DNA of 64,000 bases from positions 38,254,001 to 38,318,000 of the forward strand of contig NC_043006.1 in NCBI RefSeq assembly GCF_006345805.1, written 5' to 3'. The translations under genes and the position numbers were made by a program. Below the pieces are notes generated by a model. That model saw nothing but the letters and a program-made list of their open reading frames with translations. It made no database searches and was not told the origin of the DNA. The stretch's first letter is position 1. Every line of letters begins with the position of its first letter. Origin of the DNA: Octopus sinensis (taxonomy: Eukaryota). This document shows positions 25,521 to 37,744 of the stretch, piece after piece.

Positions 25521-26413
25521 TCCATATATGTATTATTCTTGGGACAAAAACAAGATGGTCATAGCTGGAACGATTTTGATCACGGATCTACTCCACAAGG
25601 GATTGTGTGTGACTAAACAACTAAACAACTTATTGATAGATTTCTCTCAGCTTTCTTCCATGCAATGGTGAAATTCTTTCCAATTCCTAAGCCACCTGTC
25701 ATTTCTGTTGTACAGTTTTAGTGACCTTACTCGGACTTTTGTTTTTTCTAGGCATGTGTCGTGTATGTGTGAGTGTGTGTATCTGCATAGATGTATGTAT
25801 GTATATATATATATATATATATATATGAGTGGTAGACAGTCTTTCTAAAAACTAAATTCCATTAAGGGAAATGGTAGTATGACCCAGTTCCTCAAACCTC
25901 AAACTAACCATTGTTCACTGTGTTCATAGTTTAATCCCAAGCTATTTTTAGAAAGGAATGAAAAAAACACACATGCTGATACAAACAAACACATAAACAC
26001 ATGCTGATATTTCAGTTGGTAAGCAACTCTTTATCCATTAGGATGGGAATTAATTTTTGTCAATTTTTGCCCTGAAGTGATTTTTACCTTTTAAATGCAT
26101 AATGCAATCTTAGTTGCAAAATATGACTGAAGGTAAGAAATTGAAACGTACGTAGGCGATATGAAATTGACTGTTAGGTAAATAAATTGATTTTTCCCTC
26201 TCAAACTCTCCTTTTTCCTTACATCATGTTTAAAATTCTGCTCCCCTATATCGAATGGATGAAAACATAACGACTACTGGAACTTCATAAGTGTTAACAT
26301 TGACACTAATACAAACTAATGGGTTCCTAATATATTAATCGATATGGAGCTAACCCGGTGTACGCTTGAATAAAATACATCCATGTGGAAGACCTCTTTC
26401 CATTCGAATCTTC

Positions 26414-26457
<44 letters not shown>

Positions 26458-26506
26458 ATGTGTGTGTATATGTACTAGGTACTCACAAATACACTCACCC
26501 ACATAA

Positions 26507-26546
<40 letters not shown>

Positions 26547-27236
26547 TATATAATGCTAATACACCATGTATGAATAAAACAGATAAATTTAATGCTACTA
26601 AACTACTGATTTTAAAAGCCTCACTGTCGAAATTAAGCAGATGTAATTACATTTTGGTATTCTCTTTCTATACAGAAAAACAAGCAAGATAATCCTGATA
26701 TGCTTTATAATTCATCGAAAACACAGTTACTCCTCATCTTTCTGTTTACAACGGGAAATCATAACATTCGCTATTTAAATTAAAAACAAACCAGGCGTTA
26801 ACTAGAATGGCTAGACTAAAACGTATGCAATGCTTACTCGGCGAAGTGATTAAATAATTAATAATCATTTTATGCACAAGACAGCGTCCATTAAGAAGCC
26901 TAAGATTAATTTAGTGTTGCAAAACGAGAATTTTTTAAGGATTTGCTGAGGAACAGAAACAGATGTGTTTTTATCTTTTCTAGTTCCACACCGAAAACAT
27001 TAAAAATTGTATTTAAGTATTTAATAACATTATAGGAGTGTGTATTTATGTGTGTATATGTGTATGTGTGTATATGTGTATGTGTGTATATGTGTGTGTG
27101 CATGCGTATGTGTGTGTGTGTGTGCTATGGAATCTGTCAATATTATTTATTCTGCATACCAGCAAATACGTTGGCGTGCAGCTAAGTATGATGGCACGCT
27201 GGAGCGCAAAGGCCTCGGCGAACCTACATATATATA

Positions 27237-27267
<31 letters not shown>

Positions 27268-27386
27268 CATACACAAACACAAACACACATACACACAGAA
27301 ACACACATACACATATATATATGTATATATACGTGCGCATCTCCGTAAATGCGTGTGTATGTACTTATTTGTGTGTATATGTGATA

Positions 27387-27429
<43 letters not shown>

Positions 27430-27431
27430 AA

Positions 27432-27600
27432 ATAAGCAACAAGGATATCCAGAGGTAATGCAGTACGAACGTTTCATGCGACTCCATTTAGTTGAACAAT
27501 GCAATCATTTAATTACATCAATTTAAAATGTAGACCAATCTTCAGCTGCACAAAGACATAGAATTTAATAAAATTAGAAGGACACATTAGTATAAATTTA
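27432..27600 (+). mobile_element. Left arm of the MITE family seen at 6131-6609
   Basis: ATAAGCAACAAGGATATCCAGAGG..CGTTTCATGCGACTCCATT..AATGCAATCATT. Confidence 0.7.
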
Positions 27601-27844
27601 CCTAAAATCTCCAAGAGGATAAGGAGATAGACATAGAACATGTTTTACCAACAACATCATAGATATATACATCATATATATATCTTTTACATTTCTTTAC
27701 GGGAAACGTTCTGGATATGCAGATAAAGCTCCTGTTTAATTATGACGGCCACAGTCTAATGATGCTGACTGGTGATGCATTACATGTTTATAAATTTCAC
27801 CCAATGTTTATTGTCATTACTACAGCAACTATATATATATATAT

Positions 27845-27892
<48 letters not shown>

Positions 27893-28040
27893 CACATACA
27901 CACAATGTCGAACATATATGCACGAGGTGTGTGTGTGTAGTTATTTCGTCGGCCTGCTGCATTATTTTAGACGTAAGAGAATATATTCTCAATGCCCTTG
28001 GTGTAACAGCACCCGAAAGCAAGTTGTAGCCAAGTGACAG

Positions 28041-28071
<31 letters not shown>

Positions 28072-28609
28072 TACACACACACACACATATATGTCTACAC
28101 ACACAGGTACACACACATATATATACTATAAACAAACTTATATATCATAAACACACACGTACACACACGTATGTGTGCGTATGTGAGTGTATATTTGTAT
28201 TTATGAGCGTTTGTGTGTACGTGTGTGTGTGTGTGTGTGTGTGCTCGCGCGCGTATGTGTTAGGACGAAGGTGGGTGGCTCTAGAAGTTCGTCTCTACTC
28301 ACATTCTTTTCTCTGTCTACCAGGCGGCTGATTGTTTTGGACTAAGATCAGAAGAGAACCAAAAAAAAAAAAAAAAAAAAACAAACAACAAACCCAACCA
28401 CGACCATCAAACAATCCGACATTATTTATATAGAACATCTGCCCTTACAATGCATGACAAAATATTGAGCATCATCTCACCTTAGAAATACGGGTGCATG
28501 ATGAGTCGAAATGATAGTAGTGCTTGTGAGTAAAGAGTTTCGTGAGTTTCATTTTCTGTCTTCCATCGTCTAAACTCCATGGACGCACAGAAATCCTGAA
28601 CTAGCATAG

Positions 28610-29100
28610 ACCTCCACACAATTAGATCTTGTACAACGGAAACCCGAGCGTCTTCTTGGTCAGCTGAAAACAGTTTTGGCACAAACTTGGCAGATATGCA
28701 TCTCATACCCAAATCTTCAGTGATAATGGACTGAACTGAACCGTAATTAATCTGTCCATCTTCTGATAATTCACGGATAGTGATTCGACGATTTCTCTTC
28801 ACAGCTGCACGCACATCGAGGTTTTTCTCATTTCTGCTGATTGTGGCTCTTCCAGAACGTTCGTCGGTATTGACATTTTTCGGCCATCTTGGAAATGTCT
28901 GAGCCACTCAGCATATACTTTCTGCAACTGCGTAGTCCTCTGAGCAGGTATCGCCATGACAACTTTCTCAGTCATGGTCAACGCGACGATCACACGCTAC
29001 ACACCTTCTTTCCAAGCACTGCTGTAAACAGCGAAAGTGAGCTAGAACATCAAAGCTTAATGCGCATGCGCAGCAGAGTTCAAGGTAATTTCTTTGCCAA
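28610..29100 (-). pseudogene. Mariner transposase N-terminal relic (HTH region)
   Basis: [10 protein letters not shown] / [56 protein letters not shown] (WVP-motif equivalent KFVPKL). Confidence 0.85.
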
Positions 29101-29190
29101 GCGGCTTCACTCTGCATGCTTTAGCTTCGTTACTATCGCAACAATCCGGATACTTATTATATATATATATATATATGTTTATACACAAAC

Positions 29191-29252
<62 letters not shown>

Positions 29253-29315
29253 TGTACACAAACATATATATATATATGTTTATACACAAACATACATCCC
29301 CCCATCTATCTATCA

Positions 29316-29431
<116 letters not shown>

Positions 29432-29967
29432 GTGCATGTGTATCTATATGAGTATGTGTTCACCTGCATACGCACACGCGTGTATACGTGCGTTTGTGTG
29501 CGCTTGTTGTGTGAAGGTAGAATTTTTAGAACTACAACTCTGAGAGACAGCCATTCGCTGATTAAGCTTCAGCATTGATGAATAAATTATGATGTCTATT
29601 CCTATACATAATTATAATGCATGCGCATTTAATCACTGAAATAAATAGATGAATAAATAAAAAGATGGGGAATTAGTGGGAATCTATTGTCGTTTGTCAT
29701 TTGGAAATAGTAAAATGCTTCCAGAAGGTATTCATCTCTGACACTTGACAGGCGAGAGCAGGTGCTGTTCACATCATTAAACTGCTGATGTGCACAACTG
29801 AGCTAAAAGGGCGATCGAGTAAAACAATTGATGGAGATTATATACACACACACACATGCACACCCAAACACATGCACACACACACATGTATATGTATATA
29901 TATATATATATTATATAAAAGGGCTTAGTAAAATAAATTACTTTGCCGCATACTGAACTCATTAGAA

Positions 29968-30065
<98 letters not shown>

Positions 30066-30129
30066 TGTGTTAAGTAAAATGAGACAACAAAGCCAAGACT
30101 GTGTGGAATTTATAGAATATGTATAAAGG

Positions 30130-30322
30130 AAAAGGTAAATTATTTACATTATTTACCTTTGACGGATATTTGTCCTCATCTTGTTTGTTGTTAACGCAAC
30201 GTTTCAGTTGATATACCCTCCAGCTTTCAGCAGGTGTTTTGGGGAAATTTCGAACCTGAGTTCTCACTCCTAAGGTATTTTTCGATGTTATTATTATTAT
30301 TATTATATTATTATTATTATTA

Positions 30323-30413
<91 letters not shown>

Positions 30414-30480
30414 CATTCAGGTTACTGCCTGGAATCGAACTCGGAATCTTGGGGTTAGTAGCCCGCGCTTTTAGCCACTA
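30130..30480 (-). mobile_element. SINE-like element: tRNA-like head + (TAA)n + hammerhead-bearing tail
   Basis: Minus strand: TAGTGGCTAAAAGCGCGGGCTACTAACCCCAAGATTCCGAGTTCGATTCC (A/B boxes), about 120 bp (TAA)n, HHR motif at 30193-30238, GTAAATAAT-repeat end. Confidence 0.7.
30193..30238 (-). ncRNA. Degenerate minimal type I hammerhead
   Basis: aacac-CTGCTGA-aagctg gagggtatat caact-GAAA-CG-T-T-gcgtt; palindromic ACGT stem III; A6C change and stem mismatches. Confidence 0.5.
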
Positions 30481-30902
30481 GCTGTTTCCGGGATATTAGA
30501 GATGTCCCTTCATCAGAGACGATATGAGAGAGTTAATTAGAGGGAAATAGTAGGGTTCAATATAAGGAGTTATTTTGGAAAAGGACGGGCATAGGAAGTA
30601 TAAAGGTAAATAAGAGAATAAAAATAAAAATATAGGTTGTTGGAGATTACTTAGGGGGTGTTCGGTATATATACTGTGTGGTGATTAAAGTTGCATTTAG
30701 ATTTGTCCATAGACAAAAAGCTTTACTATCCATTCCAAACAGCACTTTCCTTGGATAATGGAACTGCAACTGTAACATCCTACATATATTTTTATTTTAC
30801 TTTTATTCTCTTATTTCTCTTTATACTTCCTATATCCATCTTTTCCAAAATAACTCCTTATATTAAACTCTACTATTTATCTCTAGTTAACTCTCTCATA
30901 TC

Positions 30903-30950
30903 GTCTCTGATGAAGAGATATCACTAATATCCCAGAAACAGCTGTAAGAC
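30903..30950 (+). ncRNA. Minimal type I hammerhead ribozyme, apparently intact
   Basis: gtct-CTGATGA-a gagatat cacta atatccc a-GAAA-c agct g-TA-agac. Stem I gtct/agac, palindromic AGCT loop III, predicted cleavage after GUA (30946). Confidence 0.85.
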
Positions 30951-31264
30951 TACCTTTCTCTTTATAAATGTCCTATAAATTCCACACAGCCTTGGTTTTG
31001 TTTCATTTTATTAAACATATATACGCTTACGCAAGACCCGCGTTAGATTCCTCCCTCGTATCACTATCGAACCGAGAGTTTAACTTTGTAGTTTAATAAA
31101 AATCTATAATTGAACTGCTAGGGCCCCTAGAAAAGATTCAGGTGTAACTCGTCTATTTTCTTTTAACGGCCAAGGGGAAATAACCCATTCATTTTTCTTT
31201 ATTTTTCTCTTTTGTCCACTGGTCATTTCTACCTCCATTTATTAGAGAAGTGATATCATTAGAG

Positions 31265-32537
31265 TGACCGCTTGTATAAATACGTGGTGGCAAAAATAGA
31301 AATAAACTTTAGGGGTGCGTAAACTACACGAGTAGATCGTTTCCAGAATTTTTTTTTTAGAAATTTTATTCGTTGAAAAAAGACGTACAAAACGTAAACA
31401 TTTGTACCGGAAATCGACTCATTTAATGTCAGAATAGGTTTTATAGAAAAAATAAGGGCTTCAATATAATGAGGTTGACTTTTATTTATGCTGGATGGTA
31501 TGTTTACTTTTTCAGTATAAATTTACCAAAACCATTAAATGGTTAACTACGTTTTGAAGTCTGACGTTCATGCTGGTAATCACGACCCGGGCCATATTTT
31601 TTTCCAGTGCTTTGAGTTTCTACCTATCGCAATGGAGCACCATTGACATAAATAGTGATAGGAATATTCCTGACTGAAAAAATGTAAAGATATGGATAAT
31701 CTTGATTGTATGGTTTTAATTTTGTCTGTTTATAACTAGGTAGAGTTTTAAGTTTGTCGTACTGTTTACGCCAATTTCGAACATTGGCTTTATTAATATT
31801 AAAATGTCTTCCGGTAGCTCTATTGCCACGTTTAAACGCATATTCAACATATTAAATTTCTCCTTCGCAATAAACAATTCATAAGTTCTACCCATACTGA
31901 TAATAACGGTAATGACAAATTTTAAAGTTTGCTTGACATTTTATAAGTGTGAAAGGGATTAAAATTTTGATAATCCGTATCATAGGTCCCCACAAGAATA
32001 GGCGGAAAATCAGAGGCTGAGACAAGAAGTCGCTTTCGAACAATCAAAATTCTGTTTAAATAATCAGTTTGATCGGTCACCTTCCTCTGTCGGTTGAATA
32101 AAGTGTCATCCAAGCTGATGTTCATTGGTGATTAAACTTAATTTGTAACACTTGTGCGTATTCTTCAACGTTGTTTTTGTTGATAATTCTTATCAACTTT
32201 TCCTGTGATCGTGATTTGAGAAGACATAAAGATCGGACATAATCCCTTGTGGGCAAGAAATGTAAAATAAAGTTTATCATAAACAACACAAACACTTTGT
32301 AATTTAGTAGCTTTCAATGTGATACCTGTTAAACAGAAATCATTTTTATTTAATGAAAATTTAATTAAAAGTGAAATTATGCTAAATACAACTAAACTGA
32401 AAACCATTTTTTTCCTGGCCATATCTGAAAAGTTTTGGGCGTAAATTTCACATGAGAAAAAGCTTTTTTAAAAACTTTATCCTGAAAATCACCTACGTAA
32501 ATTATACAGGTTGCGCAAATTACATGGGTTTTTACGG
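31265..32537 (-). mobile_element. pogo-type DNA transposon relic (Brinker-like DNA-binding domain)
   Basis: Minus strand 31895-31690: MGRTY..VEYAFKRGNRATGRHFNINKANVRNWRKQYDKLK. Terminus ..CATGGGTTTTTACGG|TA (TACCGTA-type TIR) at 32537; related GGGGTGCGTAAACTACACG motif at 31311. Left boundary approximate. Confidence 0.7.
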
Positions 32538-32657
32538 TATTTAAACCGTTAGGGTTATTTTCGCACTTTACCCGGAAAAACCCTTAAATTAGTAAATAGC
32601 ATTTTCCTTAATAATAGATCCACTTATTTCGGTTAGTGACTTATTCACCAATATACC

Positions 32658-32884
32658 TATTTCTTTATTACCCACAAGGGGCTAAACACAGAGGGGACAA
32701 ACAAGGACAGACATAGGTATTAAGTCGATTACATCGACCCCAGTGCGTAACTGGTACTTAATTTATCGACCCCGAAAGGATGAAAGGCAAAGTCGACCTC
32801 GGCGGAATTTGAACTCACAACGTAACGCAGACGAAATACCGTTAAGCATTTCGCCCGGCGTGCTAACGTTTCTGCCAGCTCACC
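32658..32884 (-). mobile_element. SINE family A with target-site duplication
   Basis: Flanked by direct repeats TCACCAATATACC at 32645-32657 and 32880-32892, partly overlapping the SINE 5' end. Confidence 0.85.
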
Positions 32885-33270
32885 AATATACCATGAATGA
32901 CAATGCTTTTCATGCCACTTCAGCCAAGTGACAGGCACTTCATGAAGAACTTTTCAGACTTATTTGAATTGCTATTATCCCATATCACGATTTTGCTATA
33001 CATACCTTATTGATATTTCCTCCTAAGTTCTATATACTCTGGGAACGCATTAAAGACCTTTTCAAGGCTACTCTATTTGAATTCTTACTATCGGGTAACT
33101 AAGTTGCATGTCATTATGTAAACAACTTCACGATTTTGGTATTCTTAACTTATTGGGGTTTCCTACAAACAAGATCCTATGTCAGACGGCGGTTTGATTA
33201 TTCTCTGTAAACGCACAAAAACCGTTTTAAGGGCCACATACTTTGTATTGTTACTATTGGATTAGCGAAA

Positions 33271-33552
33271 CAATTATGAGAACGGGATCAGGAGTTAAAC
33301 CCCGTTTTTCTGGGAATTACCGGGTACGTCAGCTAGTATATATATAATTCCAAGAAAAACAGGGTTTAACCCCTGATCCCGTTCTCATAATTGTCACCGA
33401 CATATGTTTCGATTGATACATTAAAATTAATCCGAGAAGAAGAATAATGTGGAATAATGTACCAATCTCATCAAGGAGAAGATTGATGAATTATTCCACA
33501 TTATTCTTTCTGTCGGATTAATTTTAATGTATCAATCGAAACATATGTCGGT
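33271..33552. repeat. Two adjacent long hairpins (48-bp and ~63-bp arms)
   Basis: 33271-33318 mirrors 33346-33393; 33396-33458 mirrors 33490-33552. Confidence 0.85.
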
Positions 33553-34404
33553 TATATGGTGATATAAATTATTTAGATAACATCTTGTGTGTTTATCTTC
33601 ATTTTCCATTTCTCATATATATATATATGAGAGAGAGATAGAGGGAGAGAGAGAGAGATGCATGTACACACATATATACACATATACGTATATACATACA
33701 TATATGTAAGTATGCATGCATGTATGTACGTACGTACGTATGTATGTGTGTATGTATGTATGTATGCATGTATGTATGTATGTATGTTGTATGTATGTAT
33801 GTATGTATGTATGTATGTATGTATGTATGTATATAAGCAATATCTTTTAATTTTATATATAATGAAGCATATATCAAACTCTGAATACTTCAAATTGATG
33901 CTGTATTGAGTATTATATGTATGTATGTATGTATGTATGTACGGATGGATGGTCTTTTCTATTTTTAATTACTTGAAGTTTTCCTGTATGGAAGGAGTTG
34001 GTTTCTAACAAAGATATAATGCTGCCTCAGTGGAATATTGATAACAAAAACAAATTTCACGTTTTAAACTTAAGAAAAATCTTGCATATTTTTACTCTAC
34101 CACTTACAGATTGTATTTGTAATGTGTGGATTTTGTACGTATGCATGTGCGCGGGTATGTATTTATGTCGGCATCTAAGCATGTCTTGGGTATGACTTTA
34201 TATTTCATCTGATAGTGGAGCTCTGATTCAGAAGTTCCATGTATTTGAGGAACACGGAACCATCTCTTAGTCACTATTATTCGCAGATATACTCTGACCC
34301 GGAGTAGTCGCACCTGTTAGGTCCCTGCTATGAGTTAACTATCATCCAAGGTGATATCAAATGGTTTACCAGGCTAGCTGTGTTTGATAAAAGATAACTT
34401 ATTT

Positions 34405-34452
34405 ATCTTAGGCCGATGAAGGACAACGATCCTGAAACACGTGTCCCTAGAT
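34405..34452 (+). ncRNA. Minimal type I hammerhead with U4C substitution
   Basis: atcttagg-CCGATGA-agga caacga tcct-GAAA-c acgt g-TC-cctagat; all three stems pair, palindromic ACGT loop III. Confidence 0.7.
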
Positions 34453-34636
34453 GCAACTTCGGCAGCCGGGGGTGTTTGTCTCCCCTTCGTATATGTATAT
34501 AAGGACACAGGGAAAAATGTGTCAAAGCCATCAGGAGGTGTTCGATGCTTCCTAGGGCTATACAGCGGTGGTGTACCCCCTACTGTCACGTTCTTGTTAG
34601 ATTGACAGTATACAACCATTCTAACGCCCCACCACC

Positions 34637-35536
34637 GTACATGTCTCTATGAGAGATTTAGAAATTCAATATTTCTTATTTATCTTAGATTTAGCATAAT
34701 CACGTTCTGAATAGTCACCTTGTGCAGTAATACACCGGTTCCATTGTTCCTGCCCTTTTTGGAATCCGGCCTGGAAGTCCGTTTCCGTAAGCGGGTCGAG
34801 GACCTGCGATTCACTTAGGATCTCGACAACGGTGTTAAAATGGCGACCTTTGAGCTGCATTTTCATATTGGAGAAGAGAAAGTCCACAGGTGCTAAATCT
34901 GGTGAATAGGGCTGGCGCGGAAGCGATACTATGTTTTTGGAGAGAAACTCACGAGTGAAAAAAGCTCGTTGTCTGGGTGCATTGTCGCCGTGAAGAATCC
35001 AATTCCTCGCGCCCTAAAGATCCGGTCGCTTTCGCTGAATGCCCTCCCTCTGATGCTTCAAAACGTTGCAGGAGAACTCTTGATTGACGGTCAAACCCTG
35101 GAGGACGAATTCTCGATGCACAATAGCACATTTCCGGGAGTAACTCTCGTGGCAGGTCTTCCAGATTGCTCATCGTCTCCTAGAGACCTTCTTCGGCTTT
35201 TGAAGCGGCCGTGTCACTCGAAAAATTTTCGTACGACCCATTGCCACATCGCCATAAGCTTGCCGAAGCTTGCTCAATGTCTCTGTAGCAGACTCCCCGA
35301 GTTTAACGCAAAATTTTACGTTGGCTTTTTGTTCCTGTCCATGACAAAATCGCTGACTACAGAATACACGTGATTACAAAGACACAAATTTCACAACTTG
35401 CGAAGTAAACACAACGATGTTACTCGGCACACTGCCTCATGAAGGACACTGCTAGCTCCCACTGATAACGTAAACGTGTTCTGCCATCTGTTGGCGCGCT
35501 ACGGAACTAGTCCGGGTACTTTTTGAGACCACCTCA
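34637..35536 (-). mobile_element. Internally deleted mariner (irritans-like), one TIR retained
   Basis: N-terminal EQKANVKFCVKLGESATETLSKLRQAYGD..RSLGDDEQSGRP joined to IVHREFV..NWILHGDNAP..PYSPDLAPVDFLF..LKGRHF. TIR GTCCGGGTACTTTTTGAGACCACCTCA|TA ending near 35536. Confidence 0.88.
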
Positions 35537-36103
35537 TATGGGATGACAATTCATCTGAGTACGGTAATGCAGAAATACCCTCGCCTGGTGTCAGGGTGCG
35601 CAGTAAAATCCCTGGAATAGATGGATCCTTAGCTGTTGTCACAGCCTCCTTCCAGGAGAGAGAGAGGCTCTAATGTAAAATCTGCGATTTCACATGATTA
35701 CTGATTACCTCACTTCGGCCTGTCACGAGATACTAATCACAAAGATTCTTGTTTATAAGTGGTTATCACTATAATACAATAACATATAGATATCTCTTTA
35801 TGGTGGCCTTATTCGTTATCTCATCAGCCGAAAATTTTATGGTACTGGAAAAGTGGTGACGTGTACAAACCAGCTGGGAACGCAAAGTAAGTGATGACTT
35901 TAGCCTGCCACCTTTGCTCCAAAGCACGTAGATCTGCGACGAGACTGAACTGTCAACAGAATGGTCATGCATGGAAAGTCAGAAATGCTATTGACAACAA
36001 GGAAACACAAGGACACAGCAACCATCTGTGGAAATTGAGCAATCAGCAGGTATGTATGTATGTGTTGGGTTTTCTGATAAATTTGTAGGGTGTTTTCCTT
36101 GCA

Positions 36104-36480
36104 TTTATTACCTCCGCTCTAGCGAAGGCGGTGGTAATAAATAGCAGAGGTATTCTTTACAGTCGTGTTTGTTTGTTTGTTAGTCCAAGATATCTCAAGA
36201 ACCGTTGGATGGATTCGGATGAAATTTTCAGGGATGTTTAGCCTCATGACTGATTAGATTTTGGGATCGATCCAGTACCGGACAAGAATTCTGGATTATT
36301 TTACCTGTTTGTTTCACTTAATTTTTGAGAGCGGTTGGGTTCATTTTTATTATTCTCGTTTGTGAGAGCAGTCGAGTTCATTTCAAATATTCTCATTTTA
36401 AAAATCATCTTAAGCCAATCGTTGAGAGGACGTTAGTGTTGCCTTGGCGGAGGTTTGCACTCTCTGAGTGCTCTTTTTCT
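36104..36480 (+). mobile_element. Helentron-associated non-autonomous element (HINE/DINE-like)
   Basis: Sub-terminal IRs ACCTCCGC (36110-36117) and GCGGAGGT (36447-36454), internal (GTTT)n, 3' hairpin GCACTC-TCT-GAGTGC followed by a T-run. Confidence 0.7.
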
Positions 36481-36509
36481 AATTGGGATCTTTCTTCAAC
36501 AATTTTAAG

Positions 36510-37490
36510 AAATCAATCATATTCTCTTCATTGTTCACGACTACTTGCTTTGATGTTAGAAATAGCCGGTTCTTCGCTCGATGATTTTATCAGACCATGT
36601 TTTAAGCTACACGTTATTGTCAACGAAATACCTCGCAATCTGTTGGAGAGCGACCGGAAAAGCTGGCAGTCTGAAGGTGATGTAACAGGAGAATACGGCG
36701 AGAACAGTAAAACCTTCTAACGGAGCTCTTGAATAGCAATTTCTGTCAAATTAGCAACGTTGGGGCAAGTGTTGCCATGTTGTAGAAGCACACCGTATGG
36801 CCAGTCGGGTCTTTTCTGCTGGATTTGCTTGTTGAGTCGGTGTATTTACTGAACGCAGAGATGTGCATTAACAGTGTAGTTGTTTTCAAGCACCTCGCAC
36901 TGGATTAGCCCTTCCCAATTCCACAAAAATGCAAATCCTTGTCTTGCGTGGATACAGATCTGCGTTGGCAGAAAGTGGTGCTCGCTTGTAGGAACTCACC
37001 CATTCTTTCTCTTGCTTCATATTGGCATAAAGACATAATTTTTCATCGTTGATGAAGATGCACTAAAGAAATCTGTTTGTGTCCACATGTAACTTCGTGT
37101 TGAGGGAACACATGGCAGCGATAAAGAAACTCTGCAGATTGTCTCTTTCGTCCTGAGAGTGCGGCATTCCTGAACCGAATCCTTAGACCTCACCACTTGT
37201 GTGAAAGTGGCGTGCAATGTTATCACCATGAGGACATTCAATCAGCTGGGTCAAAACATTGGGAGATTGGCGCGAATTCTCATGTATGAGCTCTTTCAAT
37301 GGGTTCTCATTGAACTGAACAAATCAGTCGGAACGCAGAGAGTCTGTGAGATCTAATTTCCCCTCCTATTTGCGGAAAAGCATTTTCGAGCAGTTCTTTC
37401 AGTAACAGCGTCTTCTCTGTACTGCTTCGGAAGCTTTGGAATCCCCTTTTTTTCACTCTGTTCACTCCGTCGTCAAATATCTGAAAAGAC
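36510..37490 (-). pseudogene. Near full-length, heavily decayed mariner transposase
   Basis: Minus strand: DAVTERTARK.., INDEKLCLY (TGDEKW-like), NWEGLI..E.L, KRPD..GVLLQHGN (HDN-like), PYSP..SPSD..LFRSL. Confidence 0.75.
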
Positions 37491-37685
37491 GTGAAGTTTA
37501 TTCAAATTTCAAAATCGATAAACGTAAGTTGTAGAGAAAGAATAGAAAAAAACCACCACAAAAAGAAAAACGTAAAATAACACGATAAAAATATCTTTCG
37601 TGATAATTCAAATATTGGATGGAAACGAACGAATTTACCACACAAACCAAGATGTATGTATGTATTTATATATATATAAATGTAA

Positions 37686-37744
<59 letters not shown>

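Larger units (their letters stand above)
30068..31015. mobile_element. Inverted pair of Penelope-type pseudo-LTR segments; left arm interrupted by a SINE-like insertion
   Basis: 30480-30650 mirrors 30775-30943, and 30068-30130 mirrors 30950-31015. Confidence 0.75.

Noticed and set aside
26121-26158. Hammerhead-like CTGAAGG..GAAACGTACGTA
   Set aside because: A9 is substituted, and stems I and II do not pair convincingly.
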